From Candidatus Nanoarchaeia archaeon (GTDB taxonomy: Archaea; Nanobdellota; Nanobdellia; Pacearchaeales; GW2011-AR1): DNA of 64,000 bases. Shown piece by piece: positions 63,301-64,000 of the stretch; within the stretch, counting starts at the first letter, position 1, and each line of letters begins with the position of its first letter. Location: assembly GCA_035291345.1 (NCBI GenBank), contig DATDSF010000038.1, forward strand, positions 23,845 to 87,844, in the 5' to 3' direction. Below the pieces are notes generated by a model, which saw only the letters and a program-made list of their open reading frames with translations, did not search any database and had not been told where the DNA came from. A program made the position numbers and the translations under genes.

Positions 63301-64000
63301 TTGTTTGTACTATAAAAACTGCTTGTTGACTGTACCCCTCAGTAGGTGCATAGTAATATTTATCAGCGGTCTCTGTTAAAGTTTTTCTTCCTTGAATAAC
63401 TATTCTAGTCCTATCCCTGAAATTATAAATTGGTGAACTATATACTGGATTACATTCACTAGGTCTTGTATTAAAATAAGGATCATCTTCAGCATATTCT
63501 CTTACATAAATTTGATTATTTACCCATCTATTACCCGTAGTTTCTGGGAAAGTTCTATTATGACCAAAATATGCATGTCTAAACTTATTAGCTCCTGGAT
63601 CTTCAACAGCACCATACCAAGCAGGTAAATAATTTTCAATATATCTATTAGCTATAAAACCTACTTTCTGAGCAAAAGGTATAGCAATATTCTCTGTTTG
63701 AGGAAATTTATATATATCTCCAGTAAGATTCTTAATTGATTGTGTCGCAATATCAAAATTTCCTATTCCAGACAATACTGGATTTAGCCTAAAATTAGTA
63801 TTCTTATAAGTATGATAAGTATTACCATAAATAGTTTTATAGTCTGCTTGAGACATTGCTGTTAATTTAAAGTAAGGAGGTATAATGTGATATTTACCAG
63901 GATAAATACTATATTTGAAATTATAGTTTGACGATTGAGATTGAGAATCAAATAAAACTGTTATAGATTCTCTGTCTGCTTTAAAGAAAACAAAATTCAC
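60392..64000 (-). CDS. large probable virion structural (tail/baseplate) protein, 5'-truncated by the window
   Basis: >1200 aa open to the window edge, beta-rich; VWDALSQIARAFNYIMGFD and SIYRYGKK resemble tail hub proteins. Confidence 0.6.
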   Translation of the reverse strand: MNFVFFKADRESITVLFDSQSQSSNYNFKYSIYPGKYHIIPPYFKLTAMSQADYKTIYGNTYHTYKNTNFRLNPVLSGIGNFDIATQSIKNLTGDIYKFPQTENIAIPFAQKVGFIANRYIENYLPAWYGAVEDPGANKFRHAYFGHNRTFPETTGNRWVNNQIYVREYAEDDPYFNTRPSECNPVYSSPIYNFRDRTRIVIQGRKTLTETADKYYYAPTEGYSQQAVFIVQTKDFILDNNNPTKGFNRNSAYFEENYDSNCPSIDYYNIDNPFSYLPNQFTAKTFYPGYFSWYEEALLLKDSKLFGVHTRINPEGISWPWLKYTSGQKGSIEYLPTLGISGSFFIQVLDKVSRRSKGNCNFSQADLNTQSFDYNTGEMVPETLRFKYFIYDLALNTFTEVTLSDMVQSYSGVNVPLQITATAVNGTTLFIAGMSFNNQTDTDGVFTSEKHNKTRILKVDFSSSVALPTITVLYESNYSKMLATITDMLYTSNGLIISYYDRKKIVTFAENAYKPSLGTPFGLAKLTNLSVSVDEFSDLNPLYSNHFINGKYQFSRLIKSSIDNYLYYVLIHDRDESTNKMELRRYDLVTETEDRLGFISDITFGDTNILSNLELQELVTGFNTVFGVSTGYLPNYIKKSNSKNYLFKYDKYLSGVVELADFNNLKVWDALSQIARAFNYIMGFDNDKFFFIKRELENEASIFIDLDLDPVISKKKILDVDIKNVITATPMVAKKGDIEWNVTLCSNMLTTQVDDGRTNLDISLRIRQEDDMAHDIVLKTVVVGSVPNVENEYKNIDPTNVSNKYFTNVRFAYLIYNVVFETKLYRDVASNETEIYLPSFFGSNLSDQLSIGDIFVVNYTDTEGNSQQISRMIIDADFSSNIIILEENLGQDFAAYTPVSIFRSNAIKGDDNKTTLSNNTWSDKGVTFISTGVIQRVAGTTYNLSTDIVEFQVASFKNLGIGTVIRISDLNAEYQIYAKKEYVIDNKSTHWIQIIPFNNSILPTIGTDSTLINKSILAYWVPKGPSTSNDSLVEVGGSKIFVGFEYGSTGVFWQNPNGYDYIEIKAPGLQLEANSSLKYTAVNQDSIYRYGKKTEDLPENRFMQRNFIEYATRLMLFQSAFPRLIFEIKNLIQAQNVAGESYNLPFFKIVSTTDSKLTKVTIRSKKYLPNFKDYSTDFYLMSHDFNLKDFSQNIKVKGIDPF

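Noticed and set aside
1..64000. Stop-codon reassignment, introns or inteins
   Set aside because: Core genes are full-length and densely packed in the standard code; no split genes or intein termini seen

Overview
A 64-kb AT-rich segment of a large tailed (jumbo-type) bacteriophage genome read in the standard code. Left arm (1-22.2 kb, minus strand): many small accessory genes plus a lytic transglycosylase, an SPFH protein, ThyX, a ThyA-like enzyme, a PC4-like SSB, a macro domain, an ATP-dependent ligase and an Hc1-like protein. Many are preceded by a TAnnTTTG box, the Bacteroidota/FCB-type -7 promoter. Right arm (22.3-60 kb, plus strand): replication, recombination and nucleotide-modification genes (DnaB, sigma factor, SF2 helicase, 5'-3' exonuclease, a second ThyA-like enzyme, dNMP kinase, three DNA methyltransferases, two glycosyltransferases, primase, dCMP deaminase, PolA with an N-terminal UDG-like domain, SSB, RecA, RuvC-like, SbcD/SbcC), then a convergent, truncated large gene that is probably structural. 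The standout is a cassette at 7.9-9.5 kb: a stand-alone Cas7/RAMP-like gene, a coupled accessory gene, and a non-coding array of three strictly 5-nt-periodic tracts (AAY-NN on +, NN-RTT on -) separated by two near-identical 13-bp hairpins. This is a candidate non-CRISPR RNA-guided system. Also notable are two dCMP-type thymidylate-synthase homologues alongside ThyX (candidate cytosine hypermodification), a tRNA-like RNA with a GAAA tetraloop in place of the anticodon loop, and several structured intergenic RNAs. All calls come from reading motifs by eye; no database searches were run.
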